64,000 nucleotides of DNA from Octopus vulgaris (lineage: Eukaryota), in contig OX597827.1 in the NCBI GenBank assembly GCA_951406725.2, positions 36,704,001 through 36,768,000 on the forward strand, in the 5' to 3' direction. Positions 1-13,854 of the stretch are shown here, one piece after another. How positions within the stretch are numbered: the first letter of the stretch is position 1; each line of letters opens with the position of its first letter. Position numbers and translations under genes: made by a program. The notes under the pieces are model-generated. The model was given only the letters and a program-made list of their open reading frames with translations. It was not told where the DNA came from and ran no database searches.

Positions 1-345
1 TACTGTCCACAGACTTCCATTAGTAGTTGCAGTGTTGGGTCACACTGGCGAAGAAGCTTTTCTGTTGATCAAAATGGTCATCAACAACATAAGATGTTCT
101 CATCATAGTGATACTGGTGCTCAGCTGAGTGTTTTTCTGTGTTGGGAAACAGATGATAACCAGAAGGAACCAAATCACTAACATAGGGAGGATGATCAAC
201 CAGTTCAAAGCCAGTCACACACAGCAGCCATTGAAACCAAGGACTTGTGTGCTGAAGCATTGTCCTAATGAAACAAGACCCCATTCATCAGTTTTTCTGG
301 GTGTTTGGTCTTGATAGCCTTTCATAACTGCCTTAGGAAGTTGGT
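1..345 (-). mobile_element. Mariner transposase C-terminal remnant
   Basis: Minus-strand translation contains ELVDHPPYVSDLVPSGYHLFP, a degenerate HPPYSPDLAPSDYHLF motif; frameshifted. Confidence 0.8.
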
Positions 346-705
346 ATTGAAATTTTCCATTGATGGTGTGATCATTTTGAAGATAGCCAATAAACACAAT
401 ATTTTTTGCATTAATGCATAGTATATATAATAATGTGAAGTATATTTTGCATATTAAACTGTTTAATTTTGGAAATGTATCAAGCAGAGCTAAAATAAGC
501 AGTAAAAATACAAATTGCAAGTATTTCAAAATGTGGGATTCTACATGAGAAAAACTATCAAAAAAAAAAAAAAAAAAAAGAAGAAAATAGTGGTACAATG
601 AGAAGGCTCAGGATAAGGATAGAGAGAGGGGGTAGAGGGAAGGAAGTTAGAAGGAAAGAAAAGAATGAAAAGTGAAAAAATAAACTGGGATCTGAAATGA
701 GTACT

Positions 706-918
706 AGGCAGGAAACTGGCCCCTGTGCCGGTGGCATGTAAAAGCACCCACTACACTCTCAGAGTGATTGGCGTTAGGAAGGGCATCCAGCTGTAGAACT
801 CTGCCAGATCAAGATTGGAGCCTGATGCAGCCATCTGGTTCGCCAGTACTCAGTCAAATCGTCCAACCCATGCTAGCATGGAAAGTGGACGTTAAACGAT
901 GATGATGATGATGATGAT
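706..918 (+). mobile_element. SINE with RTE-like tail ending in (GAT)n
   Basis: ggcgttaggaagggcatccagctgtag...catgctagcatggaaagtggacgttaaacgatgatg. Related copies at about 1203-1390(-), 34185-34400(-), 40130-40425(+), 43988-44300 (inverted pair), 46926-47250(+), 58185-58330(-), 60380-60465(+). Confidence 0.75.
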
Positions 919-971
919 TTATATATGTATACAGATACATAGATATGTGTGTGTGTATGTGTGTATGTGTT

Positions 972-1039
<68 letters not shown>

Positions 1040-1120
1040 CTTCAACATTTAAATTTAATTTACCAAAATATTTTCATTGCTTTCAGACCGTGAACTGATC
1101 ATGATAAAATTCTGTGTGTA

Positions 1121-1186
<66 letters not shown>

Positions 1187-2636
1187 CATACATATATATA
1201 TATCATCATCATCATCATTTAATGTCTGTTTTCCATGCTAGCACGGGTTGGACAGTTCAACCAGAGTCTGGGAAGCCAGGAGGCTGCACCAGGCTCCAGT
1301 CTGATCTGGCAGTGTTTCTAGAGCTGGATGCCCTTCCTAATGCCAACCACTCTGTGAGTGTAGTGGGTGCTTTTTTCTTGTTACTGGCACATATATATAT
1401 ATGTACACACACATACACACACACATACATATATAAAAACACATACCTTTAGGAAGGTATGTATAATTAATTGAAGCTCTGTCTGTTCCTTCCTGTAATT
1501 CTATTTTACTTTCTCTTATGGTTAATTTTTATTAGCACAACCCCAACCATTAAAACTCCTACCATTGGCTAAGTCCCTTTCTAATGTTGCAGCCAAAAGC
1601 TGGCCCAATCAACTCAGTTTCATTATATGAATGGCTTTAATGAACTCCAAATGAACATTTGGTGATATTTCAATATATGTTTCTGAATATTTTTACTGTG
1701 GTCCTTTTTGTTATTGTTGTTAGATTGGGTTGGAGAGATCTTCAAAGTAGTCTGCCTATTTTCTTTTTTTTATTTTTCATTTATTATAACTATTACAAAT
1801 ATAAACAACAAACAAACAAACTTACTAACAAAATGTTCATATATATATGAAATATATATGAACATGCTTTCAAAATGTTTACTTCTCTTTTTCCTTATTT
1901 ATGTATACTTTTAGTTGAGTTTTGGTGTAAGAAGGAAAATTCTTGATTTATCTCTCAAACCAGTAGTAGTAATAGCAGTAGTTGTAGTGGAATTTATGGT
2001 GGTGGTGGTGGTAAAACCACCACCACCAATAATAACAATACAGCAATAATTCAGTTTCACTCAATCTGGATAGTCACTTGGATGTGTAGTGCAGCCCTCC
2101 ATAAAATCTGAAATAAATCTGTTAATATCACCAGAACCACAACCAAATCTTAAAAAAAATAATAAGTGATATGTTCAACTGGCATTATATTCATGTTGCA
2201 TATGATTATCATGTACAAAATATACCCTTTAAGTAACACACAGAGTCACACACATAAAAGCACAGAAGAGATAAACAAGGCAAAATGAAATAAACTTAAT
2301 GAAACCTTACATTCTTTAAAAACAAATATGTCCATGGATCAACCAAACAGAAACACTATTAGCTGGTCTAGGATGTCTGATGAGTTTGTAATATAGGTTT
2401 ATTGCTATCACAATACATGAATAATGTAACATATGGTTCAGAATCAGTTTCCCCACCAAAAGAACAGATGGACCTGTCCCTTACTGTTAGCATCCAAAAT
2501 AAAAATAAAACTGAAAATGCTGGATCAATGAACACTGCATCATAGTGTTGCTTTTCTATCGTACATCAACACTATAGTCATCAAAGATGAGCACTGTAAA
2601 AGTGACTTATAATTTATGGTGTAAAAATCATGAAGA

Positions 2637-2811
2637 AGCGCAGGAGTGGCTGTGTGGTAAGTAGCTTGCTTACAAACCACATGGTTCCGGGTTCAGTCCC
2701 ATTGCGTGGCACCTTGGGCAAGTGTCTTCCACTATAGCCTCGGGCCGACCAAAGCCTTGTGAGTGGATTTGGTAGACAGAAACTGAAAGAAGCCCGTCGT
2801 ATATATCTATC

Positions 2812-2865
<54 letters not shown>

Positions 2866-3070
2866 TGTCTCTGTGTTTGTCCCCCAACATCGCTTGACAA
2901 CCGATGCTGGTGTGTTTACATACCCGTAACTTAGCGGATCGGCAAAAGACACCGATAGAATAAGTGCTAGGCTTACAAAGAATAAGTCCTGGGGTCGATT
3001 TGCTTGACTGAAGGCGGTGCTCCAGCATGGCCACAGTCAGATGACTGAAACAAGTAAAAGAGTAAAAGAA
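2637..3070 (+). mobile_element. Full-length tRNA-head SINE (octopus OR/OK-like) with central (TG)n
   Basis: A-box-like gtggctgtgtggt and B-box-like gggttcagtccc, central (TA)n(TG)n, tail gactgaaacaagtaaaagagtaaaag. Copies at about 13510-13670(-), 24630-24797(-), 30625-31132(-), 37315-37570(+), 50575-50740(-), 57390-57775(-), 57776-58050(+), 58712-58835(+), 62380-62781(-). Confidence 0.85.
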
Positions 3071-3183
3071 TAAGCAAGCAAAGAATATCACTGCAGACAC
3101 ATCAGATGCATATACATGGAAATTTACAATAGACATTAACTGGATCCCCAGAATTCCTATAGAAAGAATGTATACTGGAAATA

Positions 3184-4475
3184 CGAGGGGCGTTCAATAA
3201 GTAATGCCCCTGACCCACTTGCATTTGTTTGATCTAGCTGAAATTTTGCATGTGCAATTATTCATATCTCTATAGATTAAGTAGCAAATTACAGCTCTGA
3301 ACTAATTGTGGTTTCCGATTTACAGGTGTTTGAACTGAGTCAAGTGTGAAATGGAGCATGTTGAGTGTCGAGTAGTGATCCGGTTTTTGTATTTGAAAGG
3401 ACGCACACCACGGGAGACTTTTGATGAAATGAAAGTAACTTATGGTGATGATGCCCCATCATATGACCTTGTAAAACGCTGGCATCGTGAATTCAAACAT
3501 GGTCGGAACTCTGTGGAAACAGCTCCCAGATCTGGTCGCCCCCTTCTGCCATTGATGAGGCATCTGTCTGTTAAGTTGAGGCTGCCATTTTGGAAGATCG
3601 ACACATAACTATTCGCCAAATAGCCCATGAGGTCAAGATTAGTACCGGGTCTGTGGAAACTATCATTCATGACCATTTGCATATGCAAAAGGTGTCTGCC
3701 AGATGGATTCCCAGGTTGCTCACACCTTTCCAGAAGCAAGAACGCGTCGATTGCTCGAGGATGAATTTGGAGATGTGCCAAGAAGATGAGTCAAAATTTT
3801 TCAAAAGACTGATTGCATAGGATAAAACCTGGGTCCATCACTATGATCCATAGACCAAAGCCCAGTCAATGCAGTGGAAGCACCATGACTCACCTCCTCC
3901 AAAGAAGGCAAGGGTGCAGCCCTCCACTGGCAAGGTCATGCTTACAGTCTTCTGGGACCAGGACGGAGTAGTGAAGACAGATTTCCTGGCAAAGGGTGCC
4001 ACAATTACAGGAGTCTATTATGCTTTACTTTTGAGGAAATTAAGAGAAGCTATCAAAATCAAGAGGCGGGGCAAGATCAGCAAAGGCATCCTCCTCCTGC
4101 AGGACAACGCTCCGATCCACAACTCGCGTGTCGCCAGATCAGAAGCACAGGCGTGCGGCTATGAACCCATCCCCCATCCCCCCTACTCTCCTGACCTTGC
4201 ACCCTCTGATTTTCACCTCTTCCCAGCCATGAAGTTGTTTTTGAAAGGAAAGCGTTTCCCAGATGATGCAGCCTTGATTTCTGAAGTCACGTCGTGGTTG
4301 GAGGACCAAGCTGGGGTCTTCTACAAAAACGGTCTTCAGAGCTGCATCAAACGATGGGAGAAATGCGTAACTCTGGGTGGTTCCTATGTAGAAAAAGACT
4401 AATAACTGTTCCAAGTTTCGTTTCTCTACTGCTTTGGGAAGTGGGTCAGGGGCATTACTTATTGAACGCCCCTCG
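3184..4475 (+). mobile_element. Full-length mariner DNA transposon (about 1.29 kb)
   Basis: 37-bp perfect TIRs (cgaggggcgttcaataagtaatgcccctgacccactt) and TA target-site duplication on both sides. Confidence 0.97.
3351..4402 (+). pseudogene. Mariner DD34D transposase pseudogene
   Basis: HTH N-terminus, WIPRLL, xDKTWVHHYDP, LQDNA, HPPYSPDLAPSDFHLF; one frameshift near 3545 and TAG stops near 3818 and 3851. Confidence 0.95.
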
Positions 4476-4836
4476 TAAAATAAAGGAACAGATAAAAACA
4501 CGACCTATCACAAACAAATGGAAACATCACAACAGAACTCACAACTTGCAAACTGTATAAGAATAAAAGTATCAGAGCAAAGATGACTACATATACAATA
4601 AATGTGCCCTCAAAGCAGTGAAAACACTACAAAATTCAACAAATAAACATGACTATATGGCAAATAAAAAAGAAACAGACACAAATAAAAAAAAGAGCTA
4701 AAATTTAAAAGGTTTGGGAAGACCATATATGCCCCCCCATAGAAACACTCAGCGGAATTTGAACGCAGAACGTAAAGACATGAAATACCACTAAGCATTT
4801 CACCTGGTATGCTTATGATTCTGCTAGTTTGCCATC

Positions 4837-4882
<46 letters not shown>

Positions 4883-5949
4883 TGATAAAGAAAATTTGGC
4901 TATTAATAAATGTATTAAAATAGTTGCAATGCTAAAAGACAGGCCAAAGATAGATGAGCAACACATAAATGAAAGTAACATTTTATATGCCTTTAGATTA
5001 ATATCTAAAACTGAGCTGAATATCTAAAGCAAGATAAATAGTAATATGTACATCAATACTATAACTGTTCGAATAATAAGTTATAGTTATAATAGCCTCA
5101 ACTGGAAGCTAATTTAATTAGCAAGACTAGACAGGAAAATAAAAATAATGACAGTATTTTAAAGCTATCACATAAAGTCTATATTTACTATGAATACAAG
5201 GTTGGACGGAGTTTGTGCCAATTAGAAAACTATTATAAAATACTACCTGCAGGACTACAGGAATGTTTAGTGAAGTGGGGAAGCTAAAATAAAATGCTAC
5301 AACACATAAGAAAGGCAACTGCAACAACAAAAACAGGTCATGGTGGTAGTGATGGGGATAACGGTTGTTAAACAGATGTTGATATTGCAGCAAGTTATAA
5401 AGTGGAAGGAAAGAGATGCCATACAGCGATGATGTCAAGAAGATACTTTCAGTTGTTCAATATCTGACAAAGCAAGGTAAAATGAAAATAAATTTTAAAA
5501 CAATAACTATTTAAAAACTCCCTATCACTGTCTCAAAAATCCTGGACTAAACTTTGAGGGTTAAGAGTTTTCTTTTTTTGATCATAGCCCAAGACATATT
5601 TCTACCGAAAAGCTAACAAAAATATGCAATCAAGTTGTGTATAATAAATATATGTAGGCAGTGAGCAAACAGTCAACCATATTATTTCTGTTTGGCCATT
5701 TAAACTAAACTAACTTTAGCACTAACACTGGCTATACCAAACTGGTTTGCATAAACAGATATGACAGTACTGGAAATTTTGCAGGAAATTACATCATTTC
5801 ATATATACAGAGATGACACAAACATCTACCACAAACTGATAATTTTCTGGCATATATTGACTTATTCAGACAAGATTAAAACAAATCAGAATGATTTGTT
5901 TTAATACCAAAGACCACAAGAGAAAACATAATTAATTGAAATAATTATT

Positions 5950-6510
5950 TCATAAAGAATGACAAAACATTTCGGAAAGAAAATGAGAAATTATACAAAA
6001 TTCTGGAAATGGAGATATATATGGAATCAACTACATTGATTCTTGTAGTGCCTGGCACCATGATGTTGTCTGTGTATCAGTATGGCTCTATTGTGTTTGA
6101 CTTGTCGGATTATTTTCAATTTTTCCAGCTTGTGCAACAATGTCTCAAGGGTGCATACAAGCAATGAGAGGGGTCATTTTTGACAGACAGAAGACTTGAT
6201 GCTTAGCAGTTCTTGTTGGTGGTCATTTTAAACCACAGCTAAGAAAATACAGCTTTACAATGCAGTTATCTGGCTTTTGAACCCTGACACGAAACCAGCT
6301 GTATGCACAGATAACCACCAAATAACAATAGTTGACCTTATCAAACACTTTTGATTGATTCAAACTGAACAACTCCTTGCCTAAGATGACAGGAAAAACT
6401 CTCTCAATGGGTTGTCCTGGATAGATTTTTGCAGATTGGCACAGGTGTGTATAGGCCCAATAATACTGTCTGCAACAAGTGCCAACACATTTGCAAACAT
6501 CTAGGTCAAA
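5950..6510 (+). mobile_element. Highly decayed piggyBac-like transposase C-terminus
   Basis: Traces of the WPL-like region and a Cys-rich tail (TVCNKCQHICKH); heavily frameshifted. Confidence 0.35.
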
Positions 6511-6625
6511 ATTATGAATCTAAAGTTCAGTTCTATATTTAAGAGATGAGGAATTGTGTCTATTATTTACATTAATTACATTATTTACATTCAACTGATA
6601 TTTGTCCTCATCTTGTTTCTTGTTA

Positions 6626-6669
6626 ATACAACGTTTCGGCTGATATACCCTCCAACCTTTTTCAGGTGT
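6626..6669 (-). ncRNA. Degenerate minimal type I hammerhead at a retroelement 3' end (about 6520-6900)
   Basis: Minus strand: ACAC CTGAAAA A GGTTG-gagggtatat-CAGCC GAAA CG TT GTAT; G8A lesion in the core. Confidence 0.55.
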
Positions 6670-6939
6670 CTTGGGGAAATTTCGAACCTGGGTTCTCATT
6701 CCTAAGGTATTTTTCGATGTTATTTTTCGTTTTTGGATTTGGTTTGCAAGATTCTTTATGTGAGTTTTTGTGTTGAAGCATATTCTGTTGTGTCTGGGGA
6801 GAGTCATTTTCTTTTTGTGCCTTATAATTTAACACACTCACTGGTAAAATTTCCACTTATTCCTTAATTTTATTTTCCAAAAATTTTCGTCTTGCAACCT
6901 TTTGAGTATTCCTCATAAAATACCTACCAAAGGTTCACA

Positions 6940-7391
6940 CCTTCAATGCAGAATATTACATGTCTTTATCAGATGAACTGCATGAAGCTTAGAAGTAGAA
7001 ATGCTGTAAAAAGCTGAGCCATGGTGTTTTGTTTTTGTAGGACAATGCGCAGTACATGAAACTCTATGAAAAATACACAACTTTGGCTTTGAATTCGTAG
7101 ACCACTCACCTTACTCCCCTGACTTGGCCCCCTCTTTTACCTCTTTCCACAACTGAAGAAACATCCCAAGAGAATGAAATTTCACTCCGATTTGGAAGTG
7201 ATTGCTGCCGCTGCAGAGGCCTGGTTGGAGGCCCAAGATTCCAAGTTCTTTTTACAGGGCTAAAAAAACCCGAAGGACTGCTGCAATAAGTGTGTGAATC
7301 TGAGAGGGAATATGTTGGATAAAATCACAATCAACTGATCCACCTGTATTTTCTTTTACCTGAAGCCATGAATTTTTCGGCACCCCTCATA
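6940..7391 (+). mobile_element. Mariner 3' remnant
   Basis: PYSPDLAP motif near 7110 and terminal aatttttcggcacccctcata resembling a mariner TIR. Confidence 0.75.
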
Positions 7392-7599
7392 CTTTAAAGC
7401 AGTCATGGGGTAAATTGCAGCCTTTCCCAATGAAAATTTACTTTGAATATTTTAGTAGTGCAACACATCTCTGATGCTGAGCTATGTCTCACATGGAACG
7501 CTTCTCAGAAAAGTTTACCCATGACTGATTTCAAGTCTCTATACAATATAGAACATATGTATATATGTACTACCCTATATGGATATACCATAAGTATTA

Positions 7600-7770
7600 T
7601 ATGTACTGAACTTTAGAGTGTATGTACAATATGTACTATATAAACTACATGTACTATATTTACTGTATAAACTACATCTACTATATTTACCATATAAACT
7701 ACATGTGCTATATATACTATATATGCTATACATACTACATGTACGATTTTTTAACATCTTTGTACTATAT
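7600..7770. repeat. Degenerate 9-bp minisatellite (tactatatN / aactacatg)
   Basis: Visible 9-bp periodicity. Confidence 0.8.
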
Positions 7771-7789
7771 TTTAAAATTACTCGTTTCC

Positions 7790-8470
7790 CAAAACAAAAT
7801 TGTCATGCGTATCATATCTGGAAAGACTATAACCCTGACCTAATAGCAATTTTGGTAGACTTGCTATTTTTATGAAGAAGCACACCTAAGAACTAATAAA
7901 ATATCAGATGTGGAAATAGAAACCTTAAAAAGAATACATGATCAAAATGAAACGTGAAAAATTACAAAGAATGAAAATAAAAACGTTAAGACTAAAAATA
8001 TTGAGAGAAGATAACAACAAAGATAAACGTAGTGCAAACAAAGCAAATAAAAGACTATAAGAAAATATACAATCAAATGTCAGCTTTGTTAAAAAAATAT
8101 CAACAAACAAAAATCGAAACAGAACTACAAACCTAAAAATAAGAACAGAAACATCTAATGCCAGAAAAATCTAAAGCTGAAAAGTTTGAATATGAAAATA
8201 ATCTAAAGTTGGCAATGGTTAAAGAATTGAAATTGATTGAAGATCTCCCTATTGTGCAAAAAAAAACCCCTCTTAAGATAAAAGTTAATGATGAAATAAC
8301 AATAATAATGACTGTGGTGATAGATTTGGTGAAAACAGTTGTGAACATCAATATCACCAGGATAAATCAAATAATCTATGAAGCATTAGCCTTAGTAGTT
8401 ACAAAGGAAAGTGTATATTTCCTTGAAACTCCCTATATAAGAACATATAAAGTGAAGCAAACTTCTTAAA
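7790..8470 (+). mobile_element. Possible decayed RLE-LINE (R4/Dong-like) pre-RT region; related remnant at about 31140-32040 (-)
   Basis: NDEITII...NINITRINQIIYEA resembles NNEITTI...NMNITGLNNI on the minus strand at about 31300-31410. Confidence 0.3.
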
Positions 8471-9324
8471 AAATAAACTGAGGCAAGCAACTTAAAAAGT
8501 AAACATACAATTAAAGATACAAAAATGAAAGATCTCTCAATCATTAATGAAATCAATATGAAAAGACACAAACAAAAAAAGAGGTAGAGAAATAGAGAGA
8601 AAAAGGGAGAAGAGCGATGAGAAAAGGAAAGGGAGAGAAATACAAAATAACAAACTGAATAAAAAGAAGCATTTGAAATCAAAACCATTTTTTGAATCTG
8701 AACAACACAGAAAACAAAATAGAATTCAGTGTAACTGCAAGATTGTGAGAACCAGAAGACATTTTGTGGTAGAACATGGAGAACGGATAGATTGAAATGA
8801 GAAAGTTGATAAAAGTAAGAAGTGCAATGGCAGAGTAATTGTGTGAAGAAATAACAATCCAATTCTGTACTGTCATTATTATCTTCACCACTGCTACCAT
8901 GGTCATCATTGTCATCATTATTCCTCTATTTGGTGGTTACTGAAGAAGTTAGGAGTAGAATTGAAAAATCTGAGTTTTCGGTCAGCCAATCTAAGACAAA
9001 ATTAGAGAAATAAGTGACTGTGTGATAAACTTTAATAGATGAATGAATGAATATGTTGTGGTTAAGGAAATGCGTGAACTAAGGTTATCTTAAGGCAACA
9101 ATGAAGAAGACGAAACTATTGAAACTATATTTACATGATGACATGGTAATGAAATAGACAGAATAATGAAAAGAACTAATAAGGGGTTTATGATCTGAGC
9201 AGAAATAGAAGAGTAGATGAACGAGGTTGAAAAGACAAAACTTCTTATCTGAGCATCTTCTGAGATTTGTATTCTTTGGCAGAAGTATTAAAGTCAACAT
9301 CAATAATTATAATACTGCCAGTAC

Positions 9325-9356
<32 letters not shown>

Positions 9357-9604
9357 TGAATAGTTGCTGTAATGGTTATGGCAATAACTTCAACAGTAGT
9401 AATAGTAATAATAATGATAATGAGTTATAATAGTAATGATAATGATAATGGTAATCATTTTGGAACATGGGGTGTTGAGTGAGGTTTACAAATTATGGTA
9501 ATATAAGTTAATTGAGTAGCTAATGCACCTAACAATTATGGCTGTGCACAACATAATGATATGAGTTACATAACCCACAATATTCCCATCCTGATGTTAA
9601 TTAG

Positions 9605-11030
9605 GTTATGTAATTGTAAAAAGAAATTTGAATGAGCACTAGGAAATAACTGCCTAACATTGTATATAAATATAATGTTAAAACTAATCTACATACTTTC
9701 AGTTATGTCAGTTCCACTTCTTCCATTTTAAAATAAAAAATACATATTCCTCTTTATGCATTTTGAAGCAAACATAATGTGAAAGCAACATTGCTCTCCA
9801 TGAAAGTCTGGGAATTAAAGAACAAAGATTTTGATTTTCATCTAATGAGGAACATCACTAGACATGCTAAGTCTTTTGTAAGTGATAGATGTGGTTGCAA
9901 TCTATACAGTTTAGAATTGTTGAAATCTTAAAATGCATGTGTGATTTTATTAGTGGATCAGATTAATTAAGGATCATTTCCCCACAATCTAGCTGTTGAA
10001 CTTTCTGATATTTTGAATCAATTGTGTGAAATCTTTCCTGAGTGCTAAATATGTATCTATAACTTTATGACATAGACCTTAATTACTAGTAATAAAATTT
10101 ATGGATAATATTTAGGTAGCCTAGTGTATCTTAATACTATTAATACATATAACTGATCAGGTTTAAAGTACTTTTGCTTAGCCTTAGTTCTAATTTCCAT
10201 GTAATTCATATTTTATATGATTTAATGTAATAACTTTATTCAATATGATTCTAGCCTTAGATGATATTTTTATATTTGCTTCATCCTCCCTAGTTATGGC
10301 CTTTATAATTCTTTACAATTCATTATTATCCTATAAATTCTTTTAACATTTATTAATATTTATGGCCTTTATAATTCTTTATAATTCTTATAAATTCTTT
10401 TAACATTTTCTCATTACTCTCCATAATTTTAAATTATTATAGTAATGATTTAATTATTTATTGAACCTGTATGATTTTAATTGATTTGCTTTATTCAAGA
10501 TAATGTTATGATGATTTTAGTTCATAAAAATGTTATGATTCATGTATTTTTCAGTTTTTTTTATTGAGAATATCATTTCAGTCTTTTCCTCTCAATTGTT
10601 TCTAGCCTTTCAACTTGGAACTTCATTACAGATAAATAACTGATCTCTATAAATTAAATAATTGATCTCTATAAATTAAACATAAGTTTAAAAACAAGTT
10701 TAGAATAGAAATGCCTTTAATTGTTCTATAATTTACAACATCATTCTGCAATCCACACTCTTGATTAATAGATTGAAGTCTCACCCACTTTCCATTTCTT
10801 AAATGTTGGTAATTCTGATTAGGAATTTTACTTCTTGATAATCTATTGATTAACCAACATATCACTACTCATTTACTTATTTGGTAAACCTGATGTGTTG
10901 AGGGTTTCGTAATGCATAACATAATCTTATGGATGTAGTGCATACTGCATACCTGACTGTACTATGTTTATGATGTAATAAAGTTTCTTAATGAAACAAC
11001 TTTAAAAGTCCCAGATAAACCATTCATCTG
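9605..11030 (+). mobile_element. Decayed Neptune-like PLE (GIY-YIG C-terminus plus 3' UTR)
   Basis: CNCKKK linker and ATLLSMKVWELKNKDFDFHLMRNITRHAKSF...CNL, matching the C-terminus of the 26132 ORF. Confidence 0.6.
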
Positions 11031-12044
11031 TTTTTATTATGTTTTTGCATCATGCTTAAGGTTCTCTTCATTGCTGGATATTTTTGGATTCTACTAGAGT
11101 TGTGCATTACCAAACAACACTGAACTTTCCTTCCTTGATGCATTACATGTTATGATAATAAATTAGTTAACTCTCTGATTTGTAATTCTGTCTAGCCATT
11201 AAATGTGCTGTTTCTCTTATATACGTCTTGATCCTTTATAGTTGTGCTTTGTTTTACTTATTTAAAGGGAAAAAATTTGACAAGTCAGTCAGTCGCCCGT
11301 TGACACTCGTTGACACTACATCAAAGAGGTCAGGGATCAAAAGAAAGAAGAAGAAAGAAGACATGCATCCAACACCAGAGCTGAAGACACCTCCGAAAGT
11401 GGGGGCCCCGCCACATCAAAACGGTAGAGGAGTAGGGGCCGAAACCAGATGTGGTTCCTACTGGTGATGTCTTGAGTTAACTGGATCCTGTAAAGGAGCT
11501 GTTGTGGTAGCAGACAACGAAACACGGTTGAAATTCCTCCTACCTTGATCCACTGTAATCAAATGTGTGTGTGTGTGTGTATGGGATAGGTTGGTTTCTG
11601 CATGTGTATACAGTTTATCAGCTTATAGTATTCAAAGAAGAGAAATATATACAACACAAAACAAAACCAGAAAAACACAGCAACGATAGTTATTCAGAAA
11701 TAGATTTGTATTTTATCTTTTACTAGTTATGGTAACTAGTAAAATATACAACCCACACAGATGCATGTAAATATATGAATAAATGTTCTCCAAGCTTTCT
11801 ACCAGGTTGTATCTCTTCTCTTTTCCAACTGGCACACTATATGCATTATTTCAGCCTTCTGATATTAGTCATTTAGGTGGTCACACTACACGCACCACTA
11901 TCTACAGTGGTGACCACGACCATCTTTAACGGTGATCCTGACGTGGGATACATCACCATGACCATCTATAGAGTCGTTAAAAACGGCCGTAATGGATTGA
12001 CACCTGTATCTCTACTGTTATATATATATATATATTCTGTGTTC

Positions 12045-12080
12045 CTTTCTGTAGAAGAGCGTAGGCTCGAAACGTAAAAG
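12045..12080 (+). ncRNA. Minimal hammerhead variant (CUGUAGA core) in a roughly 125-bp insert within (TA)n
   Basis: CTTT CTGTAGA A GAGC-gtag-GCTC GAAA CG TA AAAG; homologous copy at 48574-48611(-). Confidence 0.6.
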
Positions 12081-12157
12081 ACTTTTTCTATTCCTGAGCG
12101 TTATACTGTTTGTTTTGTACATCACCTGTCTTCGTCTTTTTTTTTTTCGTAAACCCT

Positions 12158-12214
<57 letters not shown>

Positions 12215-12215
<1 letters not shown>

Positions 12216-13475
12216 TTTATTTTAAGCAGCAGAAAATTCAACAAAATCTGTTACTCTGAGTTTCTCGTTGCCGTTCATCAGACAGTTTTTGCTAGAATGG
12301 AACTTATATATCAATTCAATCTATACTCTTACAAACGCTACACCTTTAAAAAGAAATGGACTTGTTTGATTGGCCCTTTAGAAAAAACGGTCAATCTTCG
12401 AGCGATAAACAAAAAGGTCAAAAATATATGTATATATATATAAAAAAACTTATAAAAATTATAAAATCCGAGGAAAAAACCTATTGCCGTTAATGAAGAC
12501 AGTGCAAATTAATGCATAGAAATTAAACCTGTTATAAATACTGCAATACATATTTATATTAAAATCTACATATATATATCAACATACACAAAAGGATGCG
12601 CGTAAACGCCATACATACATATACAGACGTATGAATATGAATCTAAATATACACATAAAAGCATGTGTACATATATTCACGCAAATCGTCTCGCACGCAA
12701 GCTAAAATTCATCTATGTAGCAATTCTCATATACTGAGCAAGGAGGGGGAACGAAAGAAAGGGAAAGAGAGAAAAAGGAACGAAGGAGGGGTGGGGAAAA
12801 AAACTTATAACGATGTTATTGGCATCTATAGAGACCAGTATACATACACAAGTTTGAATGGATACATATACATACCGTCGTGTATATGTGTGCACAAGCA
12901 TACTTTCACTTACACATACACAGATACGCATGCTTACAAATACATATGCTTTGCTATACACATACTTATATAAACATTCTAATTTTGACAACATTGCTTT
13001 TTTTTTTAAAAAAAACATTGCTTTTAAAAAATGGGTGCATTAATAAAAATATATACGAAAGACATATAAAATAAAATATAACATCCTATTTTGGGTCATT
13101 TATAAATAATCAAGGTAATATAAATAATCAAGGTAATCCTATGCAATACAATAACATGAAAACAAAGTTTGTAGGTTTTTCCTAATATATATGTAGAAAC
13201 ATAAGACTTTGCTATACGGATTAAGATCCGCGTAGCTTGGAAACAGAATCAAAATCCATCGTAGCGCTCAAGAGTCAAAATCAAAATCAAAAATCAAAAA
13301 TACAAAATATATACTCTATCCATATGGTATATTTATATTCGACATTTTAAATTTAGCCGCGTGCCTACATAAGTTCATTAACTCACTTCTTTGATTCAAA
13401 GAATTATTGTCTTTGAATAAGATGTACATTTTTTCTAATAGGCAAAGTTCGCACTTGAAATTATATTTGTAAGCT

Positions 13476-13478
<3 letters not shown>
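12215..13478 (-). mobile_element. 5'-truncated Neptune-like PLE between two (TA)n tracts
   Basis: ORF end GAYKYNFKCELCLLEKMYILFKDNNSLNQRSELMNLCRHAAKFKMSNINIPYG* (13316-13478) matches the PLE C-terminus at about 27000-27150; about 1.1-kb 3' region ending in an HHR. Confidence 0.85.
12248..12285 (-). ncRNA. Minimal type I hammerhead ribozyme
   Basis: CTGT CTGATGA ACG-gcaa-CGA GAAA CTCAGAG TA ACAG; canonical core, GUA site, one stem II mismatch. Confidence 0.8.
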
Positions 13479-13513
<35 letters not shown>

Positions 13514-13854
13514 CAAAATTCTTTCAGTTTCTCTCTATCAGATCCACTCACAAGGCTTTGGTTATCCCAAGGCTATAGAAGACACTTGTCCAAGGTACCA
13601 TGTAATGGGACTGAATCCAGACCGTATGGTTTGGAAACAAGCTTCTTACCACAAGCCACTCCTACGCCTATTTATTTACTTTTTATTAAAATGTAGTTGT
13701 TATTGTTGTTTAACCCCAGATTATCCATAACTGTGTATTATATGATCAAATATCTTCTAACCATGACAATCTAGTATTTTTAGGACATTATATTGTTCTA
13801 CGTTATCTAATGTGTCCTTCTTTTTCTTCAAGTTAGTAGAGTGTGATCTGGGAA

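Noticed and set aside
2637-2715. tRNA genes
   Set aside because: These are SINE heads followed by SINE bodies, with no full cloverleaf.
10885-11015. Hammerhead at the end of the 9.6-11 kb PLE
   Set aside because: Core reads CTGATGT and the stems pair poorly; position is plausible but too decayed to call.
11544-11552. 9-nt micro-exon (WIK) fitting the speculative gene model
   Set aside because: Weak polypyrimidine tract; too short to distinguish from chance.
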